From Candidatus Aminicenantes bacterium (GTDB lineage Bacteria; Acidobacteriota; Aminicenantia; Aminicenantales; Aminicenantaceae), in assembly GCA_050115915.1 (NCBI GenBank), contig JASFPP010000001.1, positions 3,116-67,115 of the forward strand: 64,000 nucleotides of DNA, in the 5' to 3' direction. The notes under the pieces are model-generated. The model made no database searches and had not been told where the DNA came from. It saw only the letters and a program-made list of their open reading frames with translations. This document shows positions 63,921-64,000 of this stretch, piece by piece. How positions within the stretch are numbered: position 1 is the stretch's first letter; every line of letters starts with the position of its first letter. A program made the position numbers and the translations under genes.

Positions 63921-64000
63921 AAGGTATTTTTTCTTATCCTAGGGCTACTATGAAAAACACTTATTCAGAGATTGTGCTGCCGGATTTTCCGTTGTTTAAA

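Noticed and set aside
63950-64000. A possible gene start (MKNTYSEIVLPDFPLFK...) runs off the right edge of the window.
   Set aside because: Only 17 codons are visible. There is no Shine-Dalgarno sequence and no recognisable motif, so I cannot support it as a feature. I mention it only as the likely downstream gene of T2-E.

Overview
This 64 kb window looks like a chromosomal segment of a diderm (outer-membrane/LPS-type) bacterium. I cannot assign the lineage from sequence alone, and it may be uncultivated. I call about 58 densely packed protein genes. I found no rRNA or tRNA genes, no CRISPR array, and no transposase, integrase or phage genes. All homology calls are motif recognition by eye with no database search, and coordinates of non-coding features are good to about +/-2 nt.

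Gene content, in order:
- 1-4.1 kb: an envelope cluster of an AMIN-domain protein, a secreted SGNH hydrolase and a radical SAM/SPASM enzyme.
- 4.1-8.8 kb: rsmA, a SufS-like cysteine desulfurase next to a PP-loop ATPase, and a TolB-like propeller protein.
- 8.9-25.4 kb: a large glycan/lipid-carrier locus with DPM1-like GT2, GT9, methyltransferases, AsnB, a B12-radical SAM, a YdjC/HpnK-like deacetylase, two paralogous polyprenyl-P GT2s, an ArnT/PMT-like GT-C, an acetyltransferase, an epimerase and a GT4.
- 25.7-28.4 kb: an atypical receiver protein, accD and folC.
- 28.7-34.5 kb: a partial F1Fo ATP synthase operon (b', b, delta, alpha, gamma, beta, epsilon; no a or c subunit).
- 34.5-38.3 kb: an NPPY methyltransferase, a Wzm/Wzt glycan ABC exporter and a standalone heptose-1-P adenylyltransferase.
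- 38.3-49.8 kb: a secreted C26 hydrolase, a CBM9/DUF5916-like outer-membrane protein, mfd, two SurA/parvulin genes and a pyruvoyl arginine decarboxylase.
- 49.9-53.5 kb: an envC-ctp-yibQ cluster.
- 53.5-63.7 kb: transporters, a flavodiiron protein, a DUF1684 protein, an MFS transporter, a PflX-like radical SAM and pgeF.

Most unusual observations:
1. Two families of structured intergenic repeats with terminal inverted repeats built on ATGAAT/ATTCAT. T1 has 3 full copies, 1 mini copy and 1 degenerate copy. T2 has 2 full copies and 1 partial copy. Every full copy lies 5' of a gene and is co-oriented with it. The T2 stems covary completely between copies, and their G-U wobbles are consistent with only one strand.
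2. A five-gene operon (B12-rSAM, YdjC, GT2, GT-C, acyltransferase). It merges the Arn/Lgm carrier-lipid aminosugar logic with the HpnJ/HpnK logic, which suggests an uncharacterised envelope aminosugar modification.
3. Several atypical housekeeping proteins: an ATP synthase beta subunit with an N-terminal extension and an insertion, an epsilon subunit lacking its C-terminal domain, an S41 protease homolog lacking both catalytic residues, a receiver domain with Glu at the phospho-acceptor site, and an AGCS transporter fused to a periplasmic beta-sandwich domain.
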